A stretch of 64,000 nucleotides of DNA from an uncultured delta proteobacterium (GTDB taxonomy: Bacteria > Myxococcota_A > Polyangia > Polyangiales > Houyiibacteriaceae). This document shows, piece by piece, positions 31,857-41,868 of the stretch (within the stretch, counting starts at the first letter, position 1; the number at the start of each line of letters is the position of its first letter). The notes beneath the pieces are model-generated. The model was given only the letters and a program-made list of their open reading frames with translations. It ran no database searches and was not told the DNA's origin. The stretch lies in assembly GCA_963699755.1 (NCBI GenBank), contig CAVOVB010000002.1, positions 512,001 through 576,000 of the forward strand, given 5' to 3'. The position numbers and the translations under genes were made by a program.

Positions 31857-32306
31857 CTAATAAAGCTTTCGGCTGTCGATTTGGATGGTTACCGGTCCGT
31901 CCACCATGGATTGAACGAGCATCATGGCACGGAAGGTACCGGTTTGGACCGGCAAGCCCTTGCCGCGCAGGCGCTCGACGACCTCCAAGTAGAGACGTTC
32001 TGCGTCTTTAGGGTCAGCCGCGCCATCGAAGGACGGGCGTCTGCCACTTCGCACGTCGCCAAAGAGCGTGAATTGAGAAACCACCAGAACCGCACCCGCG
32101 ATATCGGCGACAGATAGGGACATGCGTCCCTGGTCGTTGGGGAACACGCGAAGTCCCGCGATCTTGTCGACGATGTACTGCAGGTCCTTGGGTCCGTCAC
32201 CCTGCGCGGCTCCCAGGTAGACCAAGAGGCCGCGCTCGATCGCGCCGACCCGCTTCCCACCGACAGTGACACTGGCTTGGCTCACCCGCTGAATGACGGC
32301 GCGCAT
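31857..32306 (-). CDS. dtd: D-aminoacyl-tRNA deacylase
   Basis: MRAVIQRV, SQFTL and DGPVT. Confidence 0.96.
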   Translation of the reverse strand: MRAVIQRVSQASVTVGGKRVGAIERGLLVYLGAAQGDGPKDLQYIVDKIAGLRVFPNDQGRMSLSVADIAGAVLVVSQFTLFGDVRSGRRPSFDGAADPKDAERLYLEVVERLRGKGLPVQTGTFRAMMLVQSMVDGPVTIQIDSRKLY

Positions 32307-32371
32307 TGAGGCGTGCGTAGCACAAGGCGAATCTTCTTGCCCGATCGAGACGATGCTCAATACTGTGCGCA

Positions 32372-32992
32372 ATGAAACCGGTCGTGGGGCTAACGGGTGG
32401 GATCGCTTGCGGCAAGTCGACCGTGGCGGAGATGTTTGCGGAGCTCGGCATCCCGGTAGTCGACGCGGACGAATTGGCGCGTGAGGTGGTCGAGCCTGGT
32501 ACACCCGGCCTGCAGCGAATCATCGACGAGTTCGGCAAAGGCGTGCTCGACGACACCGGACGACTCGACCGAAAGAAGGTCGGCGAGATGGTGTTCGGCG
32601 ATGAGGAAGCTCGCGAGACACTCAATGCAATCATGCACCCGCTTATCGGTGCCGCCGGCGCGGAGCACATCATGGCGCATCAGGATGACCCCGCGCCATA
32701 CCTGCTCTACGAAGCTGCACTCTTGGTAGAAACCCGTGCCTACGAGGCGTTTAGCGCCCTCATCGTAGTGAGTGCAGAGGAATCGCTGCAGCGACTCCGC
32801 TTGATCGCACGCGACGGCTTCTCGGTCACCGAAGCCAATGCGCGTATCGGATCTCAGCTCCCACTAGCACGCAAGGTCGCCGTCGCCGACTACGTCGTCA
32901 CTAACAACGGAGATCTGGACGCGACACGAGCTCAGGTCGCCGAGATCCACGAGAAGCTGACCGCCAGGTTCGCGTCGAAACGATGGACATAA
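32372..32992 (+). CDS. coaE: Dephospho-CoA kinase
   Basis: GLTGGIACGKSTV, DAD, LDR and HP motifs. Confidence 0.96.
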   Translation: MKPVVGLTGGIACGKSTVAEMFAELGIPVVDADELAREVVEPGTPGLQRIIDEFGKGVLDDTGRLDRKKVGEMVFGDEEARETLNAIMHPLIGAAGAEHIMAHQDDPAPYLLYEAALLVETRAYEAFSALIVVSAEESLQRLRLIARDGFSVTEANARIGSQLPLARKVAVADYVVTNNGDLDATRAQVAEIHEKLTARFASKRWT

Positions 32993-34050
32993 TGGGGAGA
33001 CTGCTTCGCTCGGTCCTGGTGACGGGCTTTCCGGGACGGCAACCAGCGGTTCACCTGGTTCGAGAGCTTGCTCGCCGGGGCGATCGCCCAGTGTGCTGTC
33101 TCGTGACCGAAGGCCGGCAGGAGCGAGCGCTGGAGTTGCTCAAGGCGCTTCCAGAGCCGGCCCGGAAGCGGGTCTCGATTTGGATCGGCGACCCCCGCGC
33201 GATAGATCTCGGTTTGAGCGGCGAAGAGTTCGCAGTGCTCGCCGAGGGCGTCGAGGTCATTCACCATTGTGCGTCCATCACCGATCCAGCGGCGACCAAG
33301 GAGGAAGCCGCGGGCAACGTGCGCGCCGCCGTCGAGATCCTGGAGCTCGCGGATGTAGCTCCACGTCTGAAGCGACTCGTATGTTGGTCCAGCGCAACGG
33401 TGTCCGGTAGGCGGGAAGGATTCGTCAAGGAGACCGAGCTCGACGACCAGATGGGCTTTCGAAACCCCGTCGAGCAGTCGCTCTACAACATGGAGCGGAT
33501 GCTCCGGGAGTCGGCCGAGGAGCTGCCGATAGTGATTCTGCGACCCGCGGTCGTGGTCGGCGATTCACTCACCGGCGAGCTCGAGGACCTCAACGGCCTG
33601 TATCTGTTGATCAGGTTTCTGCTGAGCGCACCAGAGGACTATCGCGTCCCTACGCCCAGCCGAACCGGCGTGCGGATCAGCGCGGTGCCCGTCGACTATG
33701 CGGTCCGGGCAGGTCTGCGTATCGCGGAACACGAGGAGTCGATCGGCCGCACTTTTCACATCGTCGATCCAAAGCCCGTCACCGTACAGCACGCCCTACG
33801 TCTCTTCGCCGAAGCAACTGGGCGCCCCAGTCCGCGAGAACACGACCCGCTCAACCTCGCCACGGCACTGATGCGAGCTCCTGGCTTGCAACGCTTCCAG
33901 AACACGACCCGCGCATTTCTCGACCACTTGAAAACCGACGTGATCTACGACGACAGAAACACGCGCGAGCTACTCGCAGGCAGCGGCATCCAATGCCCGG
34001 AGCTGGAGAGTTACGTCGATGCCATGGTAGCCCGGGCGCAGCGAGACTGA
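32992..34050 (+). CDS. Extended SDR (thioester-reductase/NAD_binding_4-like) with degenerate catalytic motif
   Basis: VLVTGFPG, DLGLS, HCAS, ILRPAVVVGDS and VPVDY; NPVEQSL replaces the usual NxYExSK. Confidence 0.8.
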   Translation: MGRLLRSVLVTGFPGRQPAVHLVRELARRGDRPVCCLVTEGRQERALELLKALPEPARKRVSIWIGDPRAIDLGLSGEEFAVLAEGVEVIHHCASITDPAATKEEAAGNVRAAVEILELADVAPRLKRLVCWSSATVSGRREGFVKETELDDQMGFRNPVEQSLYNMERMLRESAEELPIVILRPAVVVGDSLTGELEDLNGLYLLIRFLLSAPEDYRVPTPSRTGVRISAVPVDYAVRAGLRIAEHEESIGRTFHIVDPKPVTVQHALRLFAEATGRPSPREHDPLNLATALMRAPGLQRFQNTTRAFLDHLKTDVIYDDRNTRELLAGSGIQCPELESYVDAMVARAQRD

Positions 34051-34095
34051 CTCCCATCAACCGCGCGGATACACCGAATCGCGAAGCCGCCGCCC

Positions 34096-35472
34096 CTACG
34101 ATCCGGCCAGGGTCATCGATGAAACCCTGAACGTCGGCGAAGCGATTGCGGTTCGCTGGTCGAGGTCGTTGGCGACTGCGTCGATACGCTGCAAGATCTG
34201 ATCGAGATTCAGTGAGATCGTGACCTCTGAAACTGGATGACTGAGCTTGCCGTCCTCGATTAGGAATCCGGACGCACCTCGGCTGAAGTCTCCGGTGACT
34301 GCGTTGAAGCCGAAGCCCATCATCCCGGTGACGTACAAGCCGTGTTCGGTATCGGCGATCACCTCGTCGCGCGATCGTGTGCTGGCCTTCAAGATCAAGT
34401 TACTGCTAGACGCGGAGATGCCTCCGGAGGGAGATCTGGACGCGCTGCCAGTGCTCTTCAGGCGAAGCTTTCGGGCGCTGTAGGTGTCCATCAGGTAATT
34501 CTTGAGGACCCCGGACTCGACCACGACGTTGCGTCGGGACAGCAAGCCTTCGCCATCAAAGGCACGGGAGCCCGGCGCTCTCGGCAGCAGCGGGTCGTCG
34601 ACGATATCCACGAGATCGCTCGCAACCCGCGTGCCGACGCGATCGACGAGATACGAGCTCTTCCGCCAGACCGATCCGCCGAGAACACAGCCAGCGAAGA
34701 GGCCCAAGATCGAACGCGCGGCGTCCCTATCGAAAACGACTGGGAGCTCCTGGGTAGGCAGCTTTCGAGAGCCGAGTTGGGCAACCGTTCGACGGGCTGC
34801 TTCCTCTCCGACGGCTCCGCTCTCTTCGAGGTCCGCATAGTGTCGGGCGGCGGACCAGTGGTAGCCACTTCGCTTCTTGCCACCCTCGTCATCGGCCACC
34901 GGATTCACGACGATCGATGCGTAGGTTCCGAAGTCGCTTCCCACGAACCCTCCGCTGGTCACGAGCGCGCTCATGCCTCGGGCACGGGTGAACGAAGCGC
35001 CCTCGCTGTTGCGGATGCGCGGATCGAAATCGAAGGCGGCGCGCTCACCCTCGAGCGCGCGGTGGAGCGCCTCGTCGGCTGAAATCCCGCTGACAGCCTC
35101 GTCGAAGGTGTCCAGGTCCTTCCATTGCGATTTCGAGGATAGATCTGACGCATCGGGTGGCCCTGCGAACGGATCTGCCTCGCTCAAGCGCGCCAGCTCG
35201 AGCGCGTCTTCGATGAGGCTACGCTGCCCGGATTCGCTCAGGTCGCTGGTGTAGGTCGAAGCGACACGCTGCCCGACCATCACCCTGAGTCCGAGCGCGC
35301 GAGAGCCGGCTTCCTCGACGAGCTCAGGCTTTCCCATGCGAACCTTCACAGACAGATGAGACCCGCTGTGGACTCCGACCTCCGCAACGTCGGCCCCCGC
35401 CTCGACGGCGCGCTCCATGACTGAGCTGCCGAGCTCGAGCAGCGTCTCGGCTTCTTCCTCCGCTGTGATCAT
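34096..35472 (-). CDS. pmbA: TldE/PmbA protein
   Basis: FDGEG and GFNAVTGDFSRGASG; ATGA overlap with tldD. Confidence 0.92.
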   Translation of the reverse strand: MITAEEEAETLLELGSSVMERAVEAGADVAEVGVHSGSHLSVKVRMGKPELVEEAGSRALGLRVMVGQRVASTYTSDLSESGQRSLIEDALELARLSEADPFAGPPDASDLSSKSQWKDLDTFDEAVSGISADEALHRALEGERAAFDFDPRIRNSEGASFTRARGMSALVTSGGFVGSDFGTYASIVVNPVADDEGGKKRSGYHWSAARHYADLEESGAVGEEAARRTVAQLGSRKLPTQELPVVFDRDAARSILGLFAGCVLGGSVWRKSSYLVDRVGTRVASDLVDIVDDPLLPRAPGSRAFDGEGLLSRRNVVVESGVLKNYLMDTYSARKLRLKSTGSASRSPSGGISASSSNLILKASTRSRDEVIADTEHGLYVTGMMGFGFNAVTGDFSRGASGFLIEDGKLSHPVSEVTISLNLDQILQRIDAVANDLDQRTAIASPTFRVSSMTLAGS

Positions 35473-36917
35473 CGGCCGGCCATCTGCGTTCCGCCAACGG
35501 TCATCGAGGCGATTTTGATCGTGGGGCACCCCACACCGACGGGAACAGACTGCCCTTCTTTGCCACAGGTCCAGATTCCGTCGGACACCTCGAAGTCATG
35601 ACCTAGCATGACCACCTTTCGCATCGACTCTGGCCCATTGCCAATGAGGTTCACGCCCTTGAGCGGAGCCGTTACCTTGCCGTCTTCGATCAGGTAGCCT
35701 TCCGTCAGCGAAAACACGAAGTCCCCGTTGGAGATGTCGACCTGCCCGCCTCCAAATTTCTTCGCGTATACGCCACGTGTCACGCTTCGAATGACGTCCT
35801 CGGGCGCGTCGGTTCCACCAAGGAGCATCGTATTGGTCATCCGCGGCATGGGATGTGAGCGAAAGCTCTGCCTTCGGCCGTGCCCGTCGGGACTCGTCTT
35901 GAAGAACTCCGCGCTGTGGAGGTCCTGCATGTAGCCTCTGAGGACGCCGGCCTCGATGAGTACGGAGCGGGAGGGCAGTTGCCCTTCATCGTCGACGTTG
36001 ATCGAGCCGCGCGACCCGCGGAGCGACGCGTCGTCGACGACGGTGCAAAGCTCGCTTGCCACTCGTTGGCCCAGCTGGTCGGTGTAGTTGCTCGTCTTCT
36101 TGCGATTGAAATCCGCCTCGAGCCCGTGGCCGACCGCCTCGTGCAAAAGGATTCCGCTGTCGCCCGGCCCCAGGACGACGTCCATCTCGCCGGCCGGCGC
36201 CTCACGCGCGTCGAGCATCACCAGGGCTTGCTGCACGGCCTGCTCAGCGTGCCACTCCGGGGTTCTGTCTTCGAAGTACTCGAGACCCAGCCGACCCCCG
36301 CCCCCGGAGGACCCGGACTGACGGTTGCCATCTTCCTCCGCGATCACGCGGACACCAAAGCGGATCAAGGGTTGCCGGTCTCGCGCCATGTGCCCGAGGC
36401 TATTGGCGATCAAGATCTCGCGGACGCTTTCGGCAAACGAGGCATCGACCCGAATCACTCGGGGCTCGGAAGCCCGGGCAGCCCGGTCGGCCCGCTCGAG
36501 AATCGCCTTCTTCGCTTCGCCGTCGACGTCCAGTGACTCCAGCGACACGGGATAGCGGCTCGGCGTGTCACGTATTGACACCTTGATCGGTGCAACCGGC
36601 TGGCCGCCGGCAGCAATCCGCGCCGCAGTGTCAGCGGCGTGCTTCATCACATCGAGCGAAAAATCCTCGCAATACGCATAGCCGGTGGCGTCGCCCTTCA
36701 TGACGCGAACCCCGAGGCCCATCGAGACCGCGCGCTGCGCTGATTTCAAGATCTGCTCATCGTAGACATAGCTTCCGCTGACGGAGTACTCGAAGAACAA
36801 GTCTGCGTAGTCACCGCCCTGGCTGAGGGCGACCATCAAGAGCCGATTGGCGATGTCCGCATCGATCGAGTGCGACCCCTGCGCGGCGAACGGTGCATGG
36901 TAGCGGGCTGTCATCAA
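35469..36917 (-). CDS. tldD: TldD metalloprotease
   Basis: HEAVGHGLEADFNRK, PRMTNT and CGKEGQSVPV. Confidence 0.95.
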   Translation of the reverse strand: MMTARYHAPFAAQGSHSIDADIANRLLMVALSQGGDYADLFFEYSVSGSYVYDEQILKSAQRAVSMGLGVRVMKGDATGYAYCEDFSLDVMKHAADTAARIAAGGQPVAPIKVSIRDTPSRYPVSLESLDVDGEAKKAILERADRAARASEPRVIRVDASFAESVREILIANSLGHMARDRQPLIRFGVRVIAEEDGNRQSGSSGGGGRLGLEYFEDRTPEWHAEQAVQQALVMLDAREAPAGEMDVVLGPGDSGILLHEAVGHGLEADFNRKKTSNYTDQLGQRVASELCTVVDDASLRGSRGSINVDDEGQLPSRSVLIEAGVLRGYMQDLHSAEFFKTSPDGHGRRQSFRSHPMPRMTNTMLLGGTDAPEDVIRSVTRGVYAKKFGGGQVDISNGDFVFSLTEGYLIEDGKVTAPLKGVNLIGNGPESMRKVVMLGHDFEVSDGIWTCGKEGQSVPVGVGCPTIKIASMTVGGTQMAGR

Positions 36918-36958
36918 CAGCTGAGCACTCTAGGGCCCGGGCGCGGCGATGGCTACTT

Positions 36959-38083
36959 CTATCGTCCCAGGAAGCCAATTACGGCGTCGATGATGCGGCT
37001 CTGGCGTGCTTCGCCGAGGCCCGCGAAGATCGGGAGCGCCAGCACTTCGCGACTTGCCTGCTCCGAAACTGGAAGAGAGCCTTCCCGATACCCGAGCGAC
37101 GCAAAGCACTCCTGGCGATGAAGTGGGACCGGGTAGTAGATCGTCGTCGCGATCTTCTTCTCCTGGAGGTGGGCCAGCAGCTCGTCTCGCCGCGACGTGC
37201 GGATCACGTATTGATTGTAGATATGACCGTCAAACCGTCTGACTGGAGGGCGGAGGAGGGTTTCGTCCAAACCCGAAGCCGAGAACGCGGCGTCGTAGCG
37301 CGCGGCGTTTCGTTGTCGGTCGGCAGTCCAGGCGCGGAGCTCGGGAAGCTTCACGCGCAAGAGCGCTGCCTGAATCGCATCAATTCGGAAGTTCCCGCCA
37401 ATCACGGAGTGATGGTATTTTGGCTTGCTCCCGTGCGCGCGCATCACGCGTGCCTTTTCTGCAAGCACGGCATCCCGCGTAGTGACAAGCCCTGCGTCAC
37501 CAAAGCCACCGAGATTCTTCGAAGGGAAGAACGAAAAACAACCATATTCCCCTAGGCTGCCCACCGGCCCGATCGCGCTCTGGGCACCGATCGCCTGCGC
37601 GGCATCCTCGATGATCTGCAGGTCGTGCTTCCGAACAACCTCGACCAGGCCCAGCATGTCGCATGCCTGTCCGTACAAATGAACGGGAAGAATTGCACGC
37701 GTGCGCTTGGTGACAGCCGCTTCGACCTGCTCGACGTCGATGTTGAAGGTGTCGGGTCGAATGTCGACGAAAACCGGAGTCGCGCCAACACGCGCGACGC
37801 AGCCCCCAGTCGCGAAGAAAGTGAACGGAGTCGTAATGACCTCGTCGCCCTGCCCGATTCCAAGCGCCATCAAGGCAAGCAAGAGCGCGTCGGTGCCGCT
37901 CGAAACGCCGATCGCATGCGCGACGCCGATGTACTCGGCCAGCTCCTGCTCCAGCGCGGTGACCTCCGGACCGAGAATGTAATTCCCGGATCGAATGACC
38001 TCGGCGGCCTTCTCGATGAGTCGATCGATCAACGGCCCGTTCTGGGCCGCGACGTCCAGCATTGGAATGGCTTCTTCACTCAC
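36959..38083 (-). CDS. DegT/DnrJ/EryC1/StrS nucleotide-sugar aminotransferase (WbpE-like)
   Basis: SSGTDAL, PVHLYGQ, EDAAQA and SFFPSKNLGGFGDAG. Confidence 0.93.
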   Translation of the reverse strand: MSEEAIPMLDVAAQNGPLIDRLIEKAAEVIRSGNYILGPEVTALEQELAEYIGVAHAIGVSSGTDALLLALMALGIGQGDEVITTPFTFFATGGCVARVGATPVFVDIRPDTFNIDVEQVEAAVTKRTRAILPVHLYGQACDMLGLVEVVRKHDLQIIEDAAQAIGAQSAIGPVGSLGEYGCFSFFPSKNLGGFGDAGLVTTRDAVLAEKARVMRAHGSKPKYHHSVIGGNFRIDAIQAALLRVKLPELRAWTADRQRNAARYDAAFSASGLDETLLRPPVRRFDGHIYNQYVIRTSRRDELLAHLQEKKIATTIYYPVPLHRQECFASLGYREGSLPVSEQASREVLALPIFAGLGEARQSRIIDAVIGFLGR

Positions 38084-38648
38084 GGCGTTTCACCCATCGA
38101 CAGCCCTCGGCCGTCACCTCGTATTCGTCCCCACAGCGGGCGCACGCGCCATCGTCAGCCAGAACCTCCCCGCAGCGGCATGCCCAGGCCATGCGGCGCG
38201 CGGGGTTGCCGACCACGACGGCGTGAGCAGGGACGTCTTTGGTCACCACGCTTCCAGCACCGACCATCGCGTACTCGCCGAGCGAATGCCCGCAGACAAT
38301 GGTCGCGTTCGCTCCCACGGTGACGCCCCGACCTACCGGCGTCGGCGCAAACTCCTCTTTGCGCTCTATATGGGCACGTGGCGTCAACACGTTCGTGAAT
38401 ACGCAGCTCGGCCCGAGGAAAACATCGTCCGCGATCCGAACGCCGGCATACACAGAAACGTTGTTCTGAATCTTGACCCCATCGCCGATCTCGACACCCG
38501 GTCCGATGAAGACGTTCTGTCCGAGGACACAACGCTCACCAACGATCGATCCGGCGGACACATGCGTGAAATGCCAGACACGCGAACCGCTTCCGATTCG
38601 CGCACCATCGTCGACGATCGCACTGGGATGAATGAACGGGGCGTTCAT
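38076..38648 (-). CDS. Hexapeptide-repeat sugar N-acetyltransferase (WbpD-like)
   Basis: WHFTHV, GQNVFIG, KIQNNVSVY, FLGPSCVFTN and VGNPAR; Cys-rich tail. Confidence 0.92.
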   Translation of the reverse strand: MNAPFIHPSAIVDDGARIGSGSRVWHFTHVSAGSIVGERCVLGQNVFIGPGVEIGDGVKIQNNVSVYAGVRIADDVFLGPSCVFTNVLTPRAHIERKEEFAPTPVGRGVTVGANATIVCGHSLGEYAMVGAGSVVTKDVPAHAVVVGNPARRMAWACRCGEVLADDGACARCGDEYEVTAEGCRWVKRRE

Positions 38649-38929
38649 CAGCGACCCCCGGGGAGCTCGATTCGGGCCCCTCCCTGCGCAAGCGACCCAG
38701 AGCCACCTTCGAGCGCGCGAACGAGCCAGCTCACGTGGATCTGCGCCATGCGACCTTCTGGATGATGGACTGTGGGGAAGACGACATTTTCGAGGCCGCG
38801 CTCCGACTGCAGATAGCACGGGCCGGTCGCGCCCACCGCTTGGATGAAAGCGCCGGGTAGGTTGTTCGGTCCGGACACGATGGCTATGCGGACGGCTTCT
38901 GATCGACTCACGCCCCCCCACGGTTTCAT
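38648..38929 (-). pseudogene. Internally deleted remnant of a Gfo/Idh/MocA (WbpB-like) oxidoreductase
   Basis: 93 aa joining VRIAIV (Rossmann start), ENVVFPTVHHPEGRMAQIHVSWL (mid-domain) and VRALEGGSGSLAQGGARIEL (C-terminal helix); TGATG overlap with the acetyltransferase. Confidence 0.6.
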
Positions 38930-38988
38930 TCCGTCAGCTTAGCAGGACCGCCGCCCTGCCTCGAAACTTGTGCCCGAACCGCGCTTGG

Positions 38989-41391
38989 TCAGCGCAGCAT
39001 CGCGCGGCATTCGGAGACGTATCGGCCCGTGGCGAGCTTCACGCAGTTCTGATAGGCTTGCCGTGCGCCTTGTCGATCGCCCCGCATCTGCCGGGCCGCG
39101 CCTAGCGTGACCCAGCCAAGGGCATTCGATGGGTCGACCGCAGTCGCGCGCTCCGCAAGCTCGGAGGCCTCCCGCGTGTTGCTCCGCGCCAACATCAAGC
39201 GAGCGAGCTCGGCCAGCGCAGGGCTTCTATCGGGCTCGAGCTCGATGGCTCGGCGATAGGCAGCGACCGCTCGCGAACCTCGCTTGAGACGACGGGCCAA
39301 TTGCAGCTGCGCTTCGTAGGTGTCGACCGCCCCAGTTGGAGGATAGATCGCGTTCGAGTTGGGGCCGGGAGCGGGTTCCGAGGCCGGCTCAGGGGTCAGG
39401 GCCGGCTCCTCGGCCGACTTCGCGACCGAGCGCGGTTCCGAGGTGGGGACTGGGACCGAATCCACGACCGGAGGCGAGTCTGGCACTGCCTCCCCCTTCG
39501 GCGCTCTTACGACCACCGGAGTCGGCTCTCCAAACGGAATGTAGTACGCCAGGAACGCAACACCGCCAGCCAAGGCGAAGAACAAGAACGCCCAGGGCAG
39601 CAGCGATGTCACGGAGTGGTCGGCGATAGGCGTGCTCGGTTGAACCGCGCGGGGGGCGCGGACGCTTGCGTCGTTGGCTTCCTCTTCGAAAACCTGAGCG
39701 TAGGTGAGAGGTGGCGGGTCGACTTCGGGAGGCTCGTGATAGTCGACCACAGCATCTCGATGATGGTCCTCGCTCCGCTCGACCGCTTGTTCGATCAGGG
39801 GGGGGTTCGGAGGTGATGAGCGCACGAAAGCCGCCGGGGGCGGGTTGGAATCGATTGCGACGATCGCCTCCTCGACCTCGGGATCCTCGCGCAATTCTTC
39901 GAGCGAGTGATCCCATCTCCCAACCTCAACCGTCTCGCGACCCGATATTTCGTCGATCGTATCGATCTGAGGCACCCGCCCCGCCCAGTTCGGATCGGTC
40001 TTGCCCGAGTACATCGAGCTTTCCGGTCGAGCAGCCTGAAAGCCTCCAAGCGTATTCCGTTGGGTGCGGGGAGGCATCAGCGGCGGCGCGGGCTGCCATC
40101 CAGAGCCGACCTCGAAGGGCACCTCGCTCGCCGGCGCAAGCGAAGTCGGCCGATCGGACGGAGCGATGATCTCCTCGCGGGAACCCGCCCGACGCATTCG
40201 CTCTGGCGCGGCAAGCGACACTGGCGTGGACATCTGATCGGACCCTGACACCGCAAGCGGAGCTGCCACTGCGGCTGCGGCCATCGACGTCCCGCCTGGC
40301 AGCGGCGGTGCGCCTGGCACCGCAACCCGCGGAGCAAGCAAGCCAGCAGGCCCGGGGATGGTGTTCGTGCCTTCCTTGGGAGGAGAAGCCGGTGGGCGAA
40401 CCGTCACCTCGGTCAGAACGGGAATACTGTCCTGAACGCCGCCAACCTCGCGGATCATCCCCTCGAAGTAGAGGTCCACCACCTTTCGCAGAGCCTCGAC
40501 GTGATCCCCGCCGTGCGCGAGTAGAATTTCTTCGATCGTTCGCTCCCCATCGATCAATCGCAGCGTTTCGTTTTGCTCGTCCGGCAGGTCCCGGAGCCCC
40601 TCGCGGAGCGCCTCGGAGTCGACCTCGAGCGCTGTCTTAAACGGGGGCAAGAGCTCGGACAATCGGCTCCACTCGTCGAGCCTGCGCATCCCTTCCATCA
40701 GGAGAGCCTGGGTGGTTCGGTGAACCGTGCGCTCGCTCAGACTCACACGCCTGAACTCGAGGTCGAAAGTCCCTTCGCGCCACAGCAGATGCCGGTAAAC
40801 TGCATCCTCTCCGACGAGATCCTCGACCGTCGCGTTGATCACCGCACCGGAATCAAACGAGATCAAGCCCTCCTGCCCGTCCACGGCGACGAGCGTGAGC
40901 ACCCCCGACTTCCGACTCACGTCGATCGTCTGTAACAAGTCGACGACGCTCATCTCCGAAAGCGAGCCACTGAACCGCGTCGTCGAATCGCTACTCCTTT
41001 GCGCCAGCCCGGCCCGCGCCTGGCGTGCGAGCTCGATTCCCACTCGCGCGATGACCTCACGGATGTAGATCGGCTTGGTCAGGTAATCTTCGACCCCAAG
41101 CTCCAGGCCCCGAATCTTGCTCTCAATGGAGCCGTCGCTCGATAGGAACATGAACGGGATCTTCGCCCACTCCGATTTCTGCCGGAGCTGTTCGACGAAC
41201 TCGAAGCCGTTCATGTCGCTGAACGTCGTATCGGAGAGAATCAAGTCCGGCTTATTGGCGTGCAGAATCTCCAACGCCCTCCCCACGCTTGGACAGCCGG
41301 CCACGTTGTAGCCTGCATTCCGTAAGCTCACCTCGAGCACACGGAGACTTCGCGGATCGGCATCGACGACGAGGAGGTTTTGCTTGGTCAC
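38989..41391 (-). CDS. Response regulator with REC, DUF4388/PATAN, Pro-rich linker, TM helix and TPR
   Basis: REC motifs (LVVD, DLILSD, YLTKP); FSGSLSEMSVVDLLQTI..KSGVL..LLMEGMRRLDEW; TM LLPWAFLFFALAGGVAFLAYYI; C-terminal TPR. Confidence 0.88.
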   Translation of the reverse strand: MTKQNLLVVDADPRSLRVLEVSLRNAGYNVAGCPSVGRALEILHANKPDLILSDTTFSDMNGFEFVEQLRQKSEWAKIPFMFLSSDGSIESKIRGLELGVEDYLTKPIYIREVIARVGIELARQARAGLAQRSSDSTTRFSGSLSEMSVVDLLQTIDVSRKSGVLTLVAVDGQEGLISFDSGAVINATVEDLVGEDAVYRHLLWREGTFDLEFRRVSLSERTVHRTTQALLMEGMRRLDEWSRLSELLPPFKTALEVDSEALREGLRDLPDEQNETLRLIDGERTIEEILLAHGGDHVEALRKVVDLYFEGMIREVGGVQDSIPVLTEVTVRPPASPPKEGTNTIPGPAGLLAPRVAVPGAPPLPGGTSMAAAAVAAPLAVSGSDQMSTPVSLAAPERMRRAGSREEIIAPSDRPTSLAPASEVPFEVGSGWQPAPPLMPPRTQRNTLGGFQAARPESSMYSGKTDPNWAGRVPQIDTIDEISGRETVEVGRWDHSLEELREDPEVEEAIVAIDSNPPPAAFVRSSPPNPPLIEQAVERSEDHHRDAVVDYHEPPEVDPPPLTYAQVFEEEANDASVRAPRAVQPSTPIADHSVTSLLPWAFLFFALAGGVAFLAYYIPFGEPTPVVVRAPKGEAVPDSPPVVDSVPVPTSEPRSVAKSAEEPALTPEPASEPAPGPNSNAIYPPTGAVDTYEAQLQLARRLKRGSRAVAAYRRAIELEPDRSPALAELARLMLARSNTREASELAERATAVDPSNALGWVTLGAARQMRGDRQGARQAYQNCVKLATGRYVSECRAMLR

Positions 41392-41475
41392 GAGAGCCTT
41401 TTGTCAGCGGGAGTGTGCAAATGAGCGCAGTGCGATGTCAAGCATGCCTTCCAATCACCAACGTGATAAGTTGAC

Positions 41476-41865
41476 ATGGTTGGGATGAAAAGGCTCGGGT
41501 GCATCTTAGGCGTGATCATCGGCGCAGTGCTGGTGCTGGGCGCCTGCGAAAAGCCTGTTCCGGAGATGGCGTTCGAACGCCTGGATCCGAACTTTGGCGG
41601 TCTGCAGGGCGGGAAGACAGTCAAGGTCTTGGGCGAGAACATTCGATTGGACATCGGCTACGCCGTCTACTTCGGCCAGCTTCGCTCCCCGCAGGTCTCG
41701 ATTCAGAGCGACAAGGCCTTGCTGGCGGTGACACCTCGGCAATGGACACCAGGGATGGTCGACGTGACCGTTCGCGCGGACAACGGCACGGTCTTCGTCA
41801 TCAATGGAGGGTTCGAGTATATCAACCAGAGGGGCAAGCTCTTGGAAGGGCCCGAGGAGCCGTAA
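41476..41865 (+). CDS. Lipoprotein with IPT/TIG domain
   Basis: Lipobox LGAC; P..G...GG..V.V.G.N and TP...PGMVDVTV...GFEY. Confidence 0.8.
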   Translation: MVGMKRLGCILGVIIGAVLVLGACEKPVPEMAFERLDPNFGGLQGGKTVKVLGENIRLDIGYAVYFGQLRSPQVSIQSDKALLAVTPRQWTPGMVDVTVRADNGTVFVINGGFEYINQRGKLLEGPEEP

Positions 41866-41868
41866 TCC

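Noticed and set aside
34096..36917. tldD/pmbA as a sign of a RiPP cluster
   Set aside because: No precursor peptide, YcaO or other modification enzyme nearby; the pair is a common housekeeping module.
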